A DNA stretch of 64,000 bases, taken from positions 60,108-124,107 of the IMG/VR virus record IMGVR_UViG_2974779775_000001; one strand, 5' to 3'. This stretch comes from Samistivirus egole (taxonomy: Duplodnaviria; Heunggongvirae; Uroviricota; Caudoviricetes). The notes below the pieces were generated by a model that had not been told where the DNA came from, searched no databases, and saw nothing but the letters and a program-made list of their open reading frames with translations. Shown here in pieces: positions 28,293-35,446 of this stretch. A program made the translations under genes and the position numbers. How positions within the stretch are numbered: position 1 is the stretch's first letter; each line of letters opens with the position of its first letter.

Positions 28293-28345
28293 CTTTGATG
28301 GTAAACGCGATGCCATCGAATGCACACAGGGTCGCTCCCAGTGTG

Positions 28346-28470
28346 AGGAACGTAGTTTAATGGTAAAACCGTGAAATGCGCTGTCGAAATATGCGGTGGT
28401 GCCTCATTGGAGGCTCGTCCGTGAGTAGATATCAGAGTAGCAGTTGTCGGTTCGATTCCGACCGTTCCGC
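28346..28470 (+). ncRNA. 125-nt tRNA-like RNA with a ~55-nt non-tRNA insertion
   Basis: Acceptor AGGAACG/CGTTCCG (6 bp), a canonical D-arm GTTT-AATGGTA-AAAC, and T-arm GTCGG-TTCGATT-CCGAC. The interior contains direct repeats CCGTGA and no anticodon arm. Confidence 0.4.
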
Positions 28471-28613
28471 TAGCCTGCGCTAGATGCAGGAATGTAAGTC
28501 GGCAAGGGAGTGTACAATCCCAAACCGCATTTCTCAACGGCCTTGCAAGGGGCGTCAAAGCAACAGGGTGAGAGTGTCTTGGTTGTTCCGACTCATAACT
28601 GGAACCTCCACAA

Positions 28614-28684
28614 TCCGTAGTGGTGAAATGGTATCACATGGCCTTGCCAAGGCTAAAGCGCGAGTTCGATTCTCGTCTACGGGA
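28614..28684 (+). tRNA. tRNA-Gly (anticodon GCC)
   Basis: Acceptor TCCGTAG/CTACGGG, D-arm GTGA-AATGGTA-TCAC, anticodon stem TGGCC/GGCTA with loop TTGCCAA, T-loop TTCGATT. Confidence 0.6.
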
Positions 28685-28699
28685 CTTGGGAGCTGACAT

Positions 28700-28785
28700 G
28701 GAACTGGCTGAGTCATGACCAGCACGCAATGGTGCGATAGCGGCCGATAAACCGTCAATTCTGGGTTCGAATCCCGGCAGTTCCC
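28700..28785 (+). ncRNA. 86-nt tRNA-like RNA with non-tRNA interior
   Basis: Perfect acceptor GGAACTG/CAGTTCC and T-arm CTGGG-TTCGAAT-CCCGG. The interior has a GTCATGAC palindrome and a CGCA-ATGG-TGCG hairpin, with no anticodon arm. Confidence 0.4.
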
Positions 28786-28791
28786 CCTAAT

Positions 28792-28864
28792 GCCCTGGTA
28801 GCGTAGTGGATGACGCGGGTGCCTTCTAAGCATTTATAGGCAGGTTCGATTCCTGTCCAGGGTA
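28792..28864 (+). tRNA. tRNA-Arg (anticodon TCT)
   Basis: Acceptor GCCCTGG/CCAGGGT, D-arm GCGT-AGTGGATG-ACGC, anticodon stem GGTGC/GCATT with loop CTTCTAA, T-arm GCAGG-TTCGATT-CCTGT. Confidence 0.65.
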
Positions 28865-28947
28865 CGTAATGAAAATGCTCGGTAGAAAAGTCTGGAGAGG
28901 CCAGACGTTCGAAGACTCTCCAGTCAAAAATAAAATTTGGAGGCGTC

Positions 28948-29139
28948 GTGAACGAAGAGAATGGCACCGAGAATGGAATAATGACAGAGCTGATTCTGCG
29001 AGGGATTCTTCAACTTGAAGAAGTCGAAGAGAATGGCGACATTCTTCTCTCTCTAGACTGGGATGCTCTGTACGAGTACAATCCAGATATCTACCTGTAT
29101 CTGAGAACTGCCGAACTTAACGGTCAGATGATACAATGA
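28948..29139 (+). CDS. hypothetical protein
   Basis: GTG start after RBS GGAGG. Confidence 0.4.
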   Translation: MNEENGTENGIMTELILRGILQLEEVEENGDILLSLDWDALYEYNPDIYLYLRTAELNGQMIQ

Positions 29140-29143
29140 GTTC

Positions 29144-29299
29144 ATGAAGACATACACCATTGCAGTTAGCCTTCTGTTGGCGGTGGAAGCTCCCGACCAA
29201 TCAGACGCCCTTGAAGCAGTTAAGGATACGTTTGGTGAAGGTGAAATCTGCGGAATAGATATCAAAGACGTTGAGGTTGAAGTAATTGACGAACTTTGA
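29144..29299 (+). CDS. small hypothetical protein
   Basis: 51-aa acidic ORF. Confidence 0.3.
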   Translation: MKTYTIAVSLLLAVEAPDQSDALEAVKDTFGEGEICGIDIKDVEVEVIDEL

Positions 29300-29300
29300 T

Positions 29301-29477
29301 ATGCTGTCTAACATACCTGATGTCGAGTTCTTCCTTAAGTGCACATTTTGCCCGGAAGAAGCTGACGGTGACTTGACAGTAGAGCTTGAACCTGGTATGT
29401 TTGTACCAATGCCAATCTGTGAAGATTGTCTGGTAGAACAAGCCAAGAACTTCAACATGATTGACAGTCCTCAATGA
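29301..29477 (+). CDS. small zinc-finger protein
   Basis: CxxC...CxxC. The stop codon sits inside a 9-bp inverted repeat (CAGTCCTCA/TGAGGACTG). Confidence 0.4.
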   Translation: MLSNIPDVEFFLKCTFCPEEADGDLTVELEPGMFVPMPICEDCLVEQAKNFNMIDSPQ

Positions 29478-29484
29478 GGACTGT

Positions 29485-29556
29485 GGGCGATTAGTGTTAA
29501 TGGTAGCACGTCTGTTTTGCAAGCAGATAGAGGGGGTTCGAGTCCCCCATTGTCCA
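29485..29556 (+). tRNA. tRNA-Ala (anticodon TGC)
   Basis: Acceptor GGGCGAT/ATTGTCC, D-arm GTGT-TAATGGTA-GCAC, anticodon stem TCTGT/GCAGA with loop TTTGCAA, T-arm GGGGG-TTCGAGT-CCCCC. Confidence 0.65.
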
Positions 29557-29583
29557 CAACTCCTGCGCAGGGAGGTGTTAAAT

Positions 29584-29658
29584 ATGAGAGGCGATAGTGT
29601 AATTTGGACTATCGTAGGAATCCTGCTCATCGTAGCGCTTGTGCTTTGGATTCTTTGA
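29584..29658 (+). CDS. 24-aa hydrophobic peptide
   Basis: RBS GGGAGGTG is followed by MRGDSVIWTIVGILLIVALVLWIL. Confidence 0.3.
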   Translation: MRGDSVIWTIVGILLIVALVLWIL

Positions 29659-29723
29659 TAACAAACTGGCTGGCCGATACGAACCCCATCGTATCCTCGC
29701 CCGAGGGTTAGGGACCAGCACTA

Positions 29724-29797
29724 GATTCAGTCGCAGAATTGGTACTGCAAAAGACTCTTAATCTTTGAGGATGTGGGTTCGAGTCCCACCTGAATCA
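29724..29797 (+). tRNA. tRNA-Lys (anticodon CTT)
   Basis: Acceptor GATTCAG/CTGAATC, D-arm GCAG-AATTGGTA-CTGC, anticodon stem AAAGA/TCTTT with loop CTCTTAA, T-arm GTGGG-TTCGAGT-CCCAC. Confidence 0.7.
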
Positions 29798-29854
29798 CGT
29801 TGGGTTAGGGGACGCACACCTGGCGAGGTGCCCGCCCAGCTCCACTTAAAACCC

Positions 29855-29882
29855 ACCCTATCCCTCGTGGATAGGGTTTTTT
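29855..29882 (+). terminator. rho-independent terminator
   Basis: ACCCTATCC-CTCGT-GGATAGGGT followed by TTTTTT. Confidence 0.6.
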
Positions 29883-29900
29883 CATGCTACAATAGTTTGT

Positions 29901-30452
29901 ATGACTACACCAAAGAAGTACACACCAAGGCCAGGCGACATTGGACTCACCAGAATTGGTGGTCTGACAGGCGTTCTAGTAGGTCTGGGACAATTCATCA
30001 TGCGAGATGCGAGTAGATACACTCACGTCTTTGTTGTTTTGGACAACCAGGAAGTCATAGAGGCTATGCCAGGTGGAGCAATCATCAGTCCACTGGACAA
30101 GTATGCTGGAACTACTAAGTACGGCAGTCCACTGGCAGCTTACCTAGACATCAAGTTGACGCAGGAGCAGCGAGACGCTATCGTAGAAGTAGCCCGGCAG
30201 CTAGAGGGAACGCCATACAGCTTCCTTGACTACGTGGCCCTGGCTATAGAAAGATTCGGTATCCATTGGAAGTGGGTAGAGAATAGAGTAACCTCTTCCA
30301 AGCACATGATATGCTCTCAGCTAGCTGATGAAGCCTACAAGAGAGCTGGCGTCCATCTCTTTGAAGATGGTAGACTGTCCCAGAAGGTAACCCCAGGAGA
30401 TTTGACTTATGTCGGGTTCGACCAGCGGTACGATGAAGTGTCTGGGCTGTAA
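29901..30452 (+). CDS. possible permuted papain-fold (NlpC/P60-like) hydrolase
   Basis: His (THVFVVLD) precedes Cys (HMICSQLADEAY), suggesting a permuted Cys/His hydrolase. The call is weak. Confidence 0.35.
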   Translation: MTTPKKYTPRPGDIGLTRIGGLTGVLVGLGQFIMRDASRYTHVFVVLDNQEVIEAMPGGAIISPLDKYAGTTKYGSPLAAYLDIKLTQEQRDAIVEVARQLEGTPYSFLDYVALAIERFGIHWKWVENRVTSSKHMICSQLADEAYKRAGVHLFEDGRLSQKVTPGDLTYVGFDQRYDEVSGL

Positions 30453-30633
30453 CAAAGACAAGCCCAGGAGTGATTTCGGAACGACCGGTAATGCGAGGGC
30501 CTTGTGTTCACGCTGTAGGTCTGGTAGAGTAGTACACACAAGCAAGGGCAGTGGTCGAAAGTCCAGCGATGGTAGCTGGATTGGTGACATCTTCGAAGGC
30601 ATCTTTGATGCAATCGGAGACATGCTAAAATAA
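30433..30633 (+). CDS. zinc-finger protein, paralogous to the Endo VII N-terminus
   Basis: CLGCNKDKPRSDF resembles CTGCHKDKPLSEF of the Endo VII-like gene at 53465, but it lacks the HNH catalytic part. Confidence 0.35.
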   Translation: MKCLGCNKDKPRSDFGTTGNARALCSRCRSGRVVHTSKGSGRKSSDGSWIGDIFEGIFDAIGDMLK

Positions 30634-30655
30634 GTACAACGCCCGAAAGGGCTAT

Positions 30656-30731
30656 TCCGGTGGGGCTACTATTGGCAGTAGCGACGAGCTGTTAACTCGT
30701 TTCCCTGTAGGTTCGATTCCTGCCTCCGGAG
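30656..30731 (+). tRNA. tRNA-Asn (anticodon GTT)
   Basis: D-arm GCTAC-TATTGGCA-GTAGC, anticodon stem ACGAG/CTCGT with loop CTGTTAA, T-arm GTAGG-TTCGATT-CCTGC. The acceptor has one mismatch. Confidence 0.5.
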
Positions 30732-30853
30732 CTGGAACGCCAAAGCTCGTATACAGGGCACGGATAAAGTCAAAGGGTAGCGTACGTATTCTAGATACTA
30801 TGTGCGTGAGAGTATGATACTAATCCCGGATTAACCGGCAACGTTCCACCAAC

Positions 30854-30881
30854 TTGACACTCCGACTACATCTGCTAGGAT
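30854..30881 (+). promoter_or_regulatory. SigA-type promoter
   Basis: TTGACA-N16-TAGGAT, 7 nt upstream of the ATG at 30888. Confidence 0.45.
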
Positions 30882-30887
30882 GAACAC

Positions 30888-31022
30888 ATGAACGAAGAGA
30901 GCGGCTGGCTGGTAGCTAGCGAGCCTTATTTCAGGCTTATTCACGGCAAGTTCAAGACTGAGGTCGTGATGAGCGACAATCGTCTGTGGGTCTGGTGGAA
31001 AAGTGATTCAGAATCTGAATGG
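30888..31022 (+). CDS. small hypothetical protein
   Basis: 44-aa ORF directly downstream of the promoter. Confidence 0.3.
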
Positions 31023-31067
31023 ACTCTTCGAGAGCCCAGCGAGATTGTAGTTGACGAGGAGCAGTGA

Positions 31068-31286
31068 ATGCCCTACGATGAAGACCTCGGATGCGTCCGA
31101 GAGACAAAGAAATTTCAGGTGACGCTCAAGGAAGCTGCTTGGGACAATGAGGAACACACTGGCCCTCAACCCGGTATTAAGGGTGAATGTTTCGAGCAGA
31201 GGTTCATTGATGGAGACTGGTTTTACTACATCAAGTTTCCTGGATGGCCTGGCTTCCATATTGCATACAAGCACCAAGTGAAGTAA
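31068..31286 (+). CDS. hypothetical protein
   Basis: + strand ORF. Confidence 0.4.
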   Translation: MPYDEDLGCVRETKKFQVTLKEAAWDNEEHTGPQPGIKGECFEQRFIDGDWFYYIKFPGWPGFHIAYKHQVK

Positions 31287-31492
31287 GCTTTACTCACAGC
31301 ATGTAGATTCATTCGCTTGATGGGGTTTTACGTCTTTCCCAGCCCCGGCGGCGGTGATGAAGAAGGGTTTAGCGGCCCTACTTGTACAAGAGGAAGACGT
31401 TGAGTACAATCATGCTAGAGTAAATAAGCGGATGTTGGGACCGCTTCAAGCAAGAGACACCGCTCAAAGGTGGAGTGCTGCATCCCTTCCTA

Positions 31493-31564
31493 TGGCCTAT
31501 AGCTTAACGGCAGAGCGATTGACTGTTAATCAATTAGGTGCTGGTTCGAATCCAGCTAGGTCAG
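31493..31564 (+). tRNA. tRNA-Asn (anticodon GTT), second copy
   Basis: Acceptor TGGCCTA/TAGGTCA, anticodon stem ATTGA/TCAAT with loop CTGTTAA, T-arm GCTGG-TTCGAAT-CCAGC. Confidence 0.6.
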
Positions 31565-31597
31565 CTCCAAAGCACAACCCAACAACAAAGGAAAACA

Positions 31598-32467
31598 ATG
31601 ACATATCTTGTTATTGCAGGTCTCCTCCTGCTCGTTCTGCTCGTCGCAGTCGCTTTCAGCGCCGTTACTAAGCAGAAGGGTGGATACCTCGTTGCTGTTG
31701 GTGTCGGTCTGCTGCTTGCTGTGTTTACTCTCTTCAACTCAGTAACCTCTGTTGGAGCGCGTAACGTCGGCATTCAGACGGCCTTCGGTCGATACCAGGG
31801 AAACCTTGACAATGGCCTCCAGGTCATTGCTCCTTGGTCAGAGCATGAGGACTTCTCTACTCAGGTTCAGTATCTTGACCTTGATGGTGAGAAGTGGGAT
31901 GAAGGTGCAACGGTTACCTTTGATGGTGGCGGTCGTGGTGTGGTTTACGCTACTCCTCGCTGGCGCATCAATGAGGGTATGGCTGGTGAACTGTGGAAGA
32001 AGTACAAGAACTTCGACAACGTTCGTGACCAGCTCGTTAAGTCTTCTGCCAAGGACTCATTCCGTGCAGTTCTGACGGAGTACACTCCTAACGATGCTCG
32101 TACTAAGGTTCGTGAGGTTGCTGCTAAGGTTCAGAGTGACCTGGCTTCTAGTCTCAAGGATGATGGAATCATCATTGATTCCATCAGCATCAAGGACATT
32201 AAGCTGGACGACCGTACCCAGTCTTCACTTGACAAGATTGTTCAGGCCAACAACGACATTGAGCGTTCAAAGTCTGAGCAGGAGCGAGCGAAGATTGACG
32301 CTGAGACTGCCAAGATTCGTGAGAAGACTGGTGCTCTCAAGCCCGAGGCTCTACAGCGTTACTGCCTTGAGGTTGTCAACAACTGGGACGTGAAGAAGAA
32401 CGGCAACCTGCCTGCTGGCTTCAACTGCAATGGGTCTAACGTTCCCTTCACGGTCACCAACAAGTAA
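31598..32467 (+). CDS. SPFH/Band-7 (stomatin/prohibitin-like) membrane protein
   Basis: Two N-terminal transmembrane helices, an SPFH core (VGIQTAFGRYQ...LQVIAPW) and a C-terminal coiled coil. Confidence 0.65.
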   Translation: MTYLVIAGLLLLVLLVAVAFSAVTKQKGGYLVAVGVGLLLAVFTLFNSVTSVGARNVGIQTAFGRYQGNLDNGLQVIAPWSEHEDFSTQVQYLDLDGEKWDEGATVTFDGGGRGVVYATPRWRINEGMAGELWKKYKNFDNVRDQLVKSSAKDSFRAVLTEYTPNDARTKVREVAAKVQSDLASSLKDDGIIIDSISIKDIKLDDRTQSSLDKIVQANNDIERSKSEQERAKIDAETAKIREKTGALKPEALQRYCLEVVNNWDVKKNGNLPAGFNCNGSNVPFTVTNK

Positions 32468-32509
32468 TAACGCAATCGCAGTGAGATGACTTCAATCTGC
32501 TCTCGCCTG

Positions 32510-32533
32510 CCCCTGACTTCGGTCGGGGGTTTT
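32510..32533 (+). terminator. rho-independent terminator
   Basis: CCCCTGAC-TTCG-GTCGGGGG followed by TTTT. Confidence 0.6.
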
Positions 32534-32561
32534 CGGCGTTGTAAGGCCCGGTAGCGAGGGG

Positions 32562-32590
32562 TTGACACTACTCCTTGCTTCCAGTAGAGT
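32562..32590 (+). promoter_or_regulatory. SigA-type promoter
   Basis: GGGGTTGACAC-N16-TAGAGT. Confidence 0.5.
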
Positions 32591-32649
32591 AGTAATAAGC
32601 GAACAGCACAAAAGTATGCTATCCTATTGAAACAAATAGGAGGCAAACA

Positions 32650-32814
32650 GTGAGGTTCGCTTTTGGACTTAGGCCAGGACATGTTACCAAGCATGGTACA
32701 GTAGTCGCAGCACAGAAGACCTTTGATGGTAAGCATGTGCAGTTGACACTGACTGGTAGGTCAAATAATGTAGTCATAAGCAAGTACACACTTCTACGAA
32801 CACGGAGAAAATAA
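32650..32814 (+). CDS. small basic protein
   Basis: GTG start 7 nt after RBS AGGAGG. 54 aa. Confidence 0.35.
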   Translation: MRFAFGLRPGHVTKHGTVVAAQKTFDGKHVQLTLTGRSNNVVISKYTLLRTRRK

Positions 32815-33210
32815 GTGTCTGTAAACATTGGCGATGGCGAAGAGACTGCGGCTGAGACTGAGGTAACTCAGGATGACCGTCCGATTAAGGAAATCATCAA
32901 GGACTCTGCCAAGGCTTACGCTCGTACCAAGGGTCGTCAGGCTTTCTTCTGGGCCGTCAAGAACATGAAGGCTCAGGCGAAGGATAAGGGGAAGGACCCT
33001 AAGTCTGTCAAGGTTCCTACGAAGAAGGCTTCTGCCCTTCGTGTTGGTGACCTTACTGCAAAGGGTGAGCTGAGGAACAGTCAGGTATCTCCCATCGACA
33101 AGAAGAAGATGGAACTGACATTCATCGGTGACTCTGGGGTCGTCTACGAGACGGTTGACAAGAACACCTCCTACAAGGTAGTATCTCGTAGGGACGTCAA
33201 GGAACGCTGA
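32815..33210 (+). CDS. hypothetical protein
   Basis: GTG start. The protein is lysine-rich. Confidence 0.45.
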   Translation: MSVNIGDGEETAAETEVTQDDRPIKEIIKDSAKAYARTKGRQAFFWAVKNMKAQAKDKGKDPKSVKVPTKKASALRVGDLTAKGELRNSQVSPIDKKKMELTFIGDSGVVYETVDKNTSYKVVSRRDVKER

Positions 33211-33229
33211 GCAAGGGCCTTCGGGCCAA

Positions 33230-33301
33230 GTCCCTATAGTTCAAGGGAAAGAACAAGACTCTCCTAAAGTCTAGATGCAGGTTCGAATCCTGCTGGGGAT
33301 A
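33230..33301 (+). tRNA. tRNA-Arg (anticodon CCT)
   Basis: Acceptor GTCCCTA/TGGGGAT, D-arm GTTC-AAGGGAAA-GAAC, anticodon stem AGACT/AGTCT with loop CTCCTAA, T-arm GCAGG-TTCGAAT-CCTGC. Confidence 0.65.
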
Positions 33302-33304
33302 CGG

Positions 33305-33333
33305 TTGACGCCCGGCACCGAAGGGTGTAGAGT
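33305..33333 (+). promoter_or_regulatory. SigA-type promoter between tRNAs
   Basis: TTGACG-N17-TAGAGT. Confidence 0.4.
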
Positions 33334-33348
33334 AGTCAACAGAAGCAA

Positions 33349-33423
33349 GGGAGCGTAGCTCAGTCTGGTCGGAGCAATGCACTGATAATGCATCGGTCGC
33401 TGGTTCAAATCCAGCCGTTCCTA
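33349..33423 (+). tRNA. tRNA-Ile (anticodon GAT)
   Basis: Acceptor GGGAGCG/CGTTCCT, D-arm GCTC-AGTCTGGTCG-GAGC, anticodon stem ATGCA/TGCAT with loop CTGATAA, T-arm GCTGG-TTCAAAT-CCAGC. Confidence 0.7.
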
Positions 33424-33427
33424 CTTC

Positions 33428-33499
33428 GGGGTTGTAGCATAACGGTAATGCACTTGCATGGCATGCAAGCGATTGTGGGTTCAAATCCCATCGACTCCA
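33428..33499 (+). tRNA. tRNA-Ala (anticodon GGC)
   Basis: Acceptor GGGGTTG/CGACTCC, D-arm GCAT-AACGGTA-ATGC, anticodon stem CTTGC/GCAAG with loop ATGGCAT, T-loop TTCAAAT. Confidence 0.55.
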
Positions 33500-33672
33500 C
33501 TCTTTTAATGTTTCTGCCCAGAGGGGCAAGTAAACATGCGGGTCAGTCCTAGCAGGCTGATTACGGTAGCAAGGTGATAGCCCGTATGCACCCCTTGCAA
33601 GCCACAGACTACATGTGCTAGCATGGTGGTTATTATAGCGGATGAAGGACTAGTCATCTGGAATCCGCGTTT

Positions 33673-33745
33673 GCTCCGGTAGCTCAGTTGGTAGAGCAGG
33701 TGACTCTTAATCATCAGGTCCACAGTTCAAGTCTGTGTCGGAGTA
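33673..33745 (+). tRNA. tRNA-Lys (anticodon CTT), second copy
   Basis: Acceptor GCTCCGG/TCGGAGT, D-arm GCTC-AGTTGGTA-GAGC, anticodon stem GGTGA/TCATC with loop CTCTTAA, T-arm CACAG-TTCAAGT-CTGTG. Confidence 0.65.
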
Positions 33746-33864
33746 CAAAGCATCATTGCAAGGGTGCTCAATCACATTGGGGTTCGATTCCCTCTGGTGA
33801 AACAATGTGGTGTAATCGAGAAGTACAACGATGGGTTTCCCATGCGGTTTAACTTCTCCCTTAT

Positions 33865-33939
33865 GGTCCAGTCGCACAGTCTGGTAGTGCAATTGACTTT
33901 TAATCTTTGTGGACGTGGGTTCGAATCCCACCTGGACCA
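33865..33939 (+). tRNA. tRNA, probable Lys (anticodon TTT), weak anticodon stem
   Basis: Perfect acceptor GGTCCAG/CTGGACC, D-arm GCAC-AGTCTGGTA-GTGC, loop CTTTTAA flanked by ATTGA/TCTTT (two U-U mismatches), T-arm GTGGG-TTCGAAT-CCCAC. Confidence 0.4.
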
Positions 33940-33943
33940 CTTT

Positions 33944-34016
33944 GCCCTTTTAGCTCATTGGATAGAGCGTTGGTCTTCGAAGCCAAGCGTAGGGAGTTCG
34001 ATTCTCTCAAGGGGCA
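33944..34016 (+). tRNA. tRNA-Arg (anticodon TCG)
   Basis: Acceptor GCCCTTT/AAGGGGC, D-arm GCTC-ATTGGATA-GAGC, anticodon stem TTGGT/GCCAA with loop CTTCGAA, T-arm GGGAG-TTCGATT-CTCTC. Confidence 0.65.
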
Positions 34017-34120
34017 CTTGACATAGCCAAGATGGCATGTCACACTGTTAACAGGACACAGCGGACAAGGCTTAGGCGGATGAAACAAGCCGGTGGGATG
34101 CGAGTGGCTGACCAGTCCTG

Positions 34121-34187
34121 TTGACACAAGCGGGGAACGTTGAGTATGCTAACCTCATAGAGGAACGACGACTAACAAGTTCCCCGC
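34121..34187 (+). promoter_or_regulatory. promoter plus 5'-UTR long-range inverted repeat upstream of the vWA gene
   Basis: TTGACA-N18-TATGCT, with a 9-bp inverted repeat GCGGGGAAC...GTTCCCCGC (34130-34138 and 34179-34187) bracketing the -10 and the leader. Confidence 0.35.
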
Positions 34188-34224
34188 TTTCTAATAAACA
34201 ACTATAGTAACTAGGAGTTACACA

Positions 34225-35013
34225 ATGGGTTTTCTGCGTAAGATGAAGAACTTCACGCCTGCTGCTAACCTGTCTGCGAAGAAGACGGTTACGCTGACCC
34301 GAATCAATTCTGGCCAGCCTGCTGCAAACGTGAGCCTCATCAAGCAGAACGGCGTTTCCTTCGAGAAGAAGGTTCAGAGCGCTGTTAAGCTCCAGAAGAA
34401 CCTGGGTGTCGATAACCGATTCGACGTTATTGCTCTGATTGACGAGTCTTACTCCATGGATGGCCTCTTCGCTGATGGCACCGTTCAGGCAATTGCTGAA
34501 CGAGCCCTTGCGTGGACTGCTGGTGTGGATGCGGATGGCATGGCCCCTGTCGGTGGCTTTGCGAACGGATTCAAGTGGCATGGTGAGATTGACCTCACCA
34601 ACGTCATGGGATGCGCGTCAAGTTGGGGAACCTGGGGTGGAACTGACCTGGCTGCTGGTCTTAAGGCTGCATTTGAGGTTGCGAAGGGTGCTGACAATCC
34701 TGTCTATCTCTTCGTTGTTACCGATGGTGCTCCTAACGACCGACAGGCGGTAGTAAAGCTGGTCAAGGAGATGTCTCAGTATCCTATCTTCATCAAGTTC
34801 CTGCTCGTTGGCAATGACCGCAGCGGTAAGCAGTTCCTTGAGTATCTGGATGACCTTGAGACTCACGAGGGTGCCTCTCGTCTCTTCGACAACGTGGACA
34901 CGCAGCACATCCAGAACGTCTCTCGTGTAAGCGACGACGATTTCAACAAGGCCATGACTGAGGAAGTTCCTTCCGCCATTCAGGCAATGCGTGGAGTCGG
35001 TCTGGTTCGCTGA
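34225..35013 (+). CDS. vWA-domain protein (TerY-like)
   Basis: MIDAS motif ALIDESYSMDG and a vWA core. Confidence 0.6.
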   Translation: MGFLRKMKNFTPAANLSAKKTVTLTRINSGQPAANVSLIKQNGVSFEKKVQSAVKLQKNLGVDNRFDVIALIDESYSMDGLFADGTVQAIAERALAWTAGVDADGMAPVGGFANGFKWHGEIDLTNVMGCASSWGTWGGTDLAAGLKAAFEVAKGADNPVYLFVVTDGAPNDRQAVVKLVKEMSQYPIFIKFLLVGNDRSGKQFLEYLDDLETHEGASRLFDNVDTQHIQNVSRVSDDDFNKAMTEEVPSAIQAMRGVGLVR

Positions 35014-35014
35014 G

Positions 35015-35043
35015 TTGACACACCAGCTCAGATGATGTAGAGT
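35015..35043 (+). promoter_or_regulatory. SigA-type promoter
   Basis: GAGTTGACAC-N16-TAGAGT. Confidence 0.45.
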
Positions 35044-35257
35044 AGTTCTTATCAGGGATGCAAAAACCCTCTCAAGCTTCCAGGTAACAGCGGCGGCGGC
35101 GTTCAGGGAAGAGGGGTAGTGTGGTAGAGTGAACGTACCCACACAACAGCAAAGACAAAAATCTCCGTCTGAGGCTGATAATGTGGAGTAGTGCTAAAGG
35201 TAAAGAGGTGGAGGCGAAAGCCAGAGAAGCTTAAGACTTACCCCAAAGCACTATAAT

Positions 35258-35329
35258 GGCAGTGTGGTGAAACGGCTATCACGTTCCCCTCATAAGGGAA
35301 AATCGAAGGTTCGATTCCTTCCATTGCTA
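35258..35329 (+). tRNA. tRNA-Met (anticodon CAT), initiator-like
   Basis: Acceptor GGCAGTG/CATTGCT, D-arm GTGA-AACGGCTA-TCAC, and an anticodon stem with three G:C pairs next to the loop (TTCCC/GGGAA, loop CTCATAA), which is the hallmark of initiator tRNA. Confidence 0.6.
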
Positions 35330-35331
35330 CT

Positions 35332-35401
35332 TGCAGATTAGTGAAACGGTATCACGCTGGGCTCATAATCCAGAATTCCTGTTCGAATCAGGGTCTGCCC
35401 C
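35332..35401 (+). tRNA. second CAT-anticodon tRNA (elongator Met or Ile2), defective acceptor stem
   Basis: D-arm GTGA-AACGGTA-TCAC, anticodon stem CTGGG/TCCAG with loop CTCATAA, T-loop TTCGAAT. Only 5 of 7 acceptor pairs form. Confidence 0.4.
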
Positions 35402-35446
35402 CACGTAACAACAAAACAATCAATGCAAGACAACAAGGAGAATAAA

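Noticed and set aside
28484-28696. A + strand 70-aa ORF inside the tRNA island.
   Set aside because: It overlaps tRNA-Gly and tRNA-like sequence, and has no RBS. It is a probable artefact.
28045-28967. Chain of minus-strand ORFs across the tRNA island, with translations containing GIEPT and GFEPT.
   Set aside because: They are produced by reading tRNA T-arms (GGTTCGAATCC) in reverse. They are not genes.
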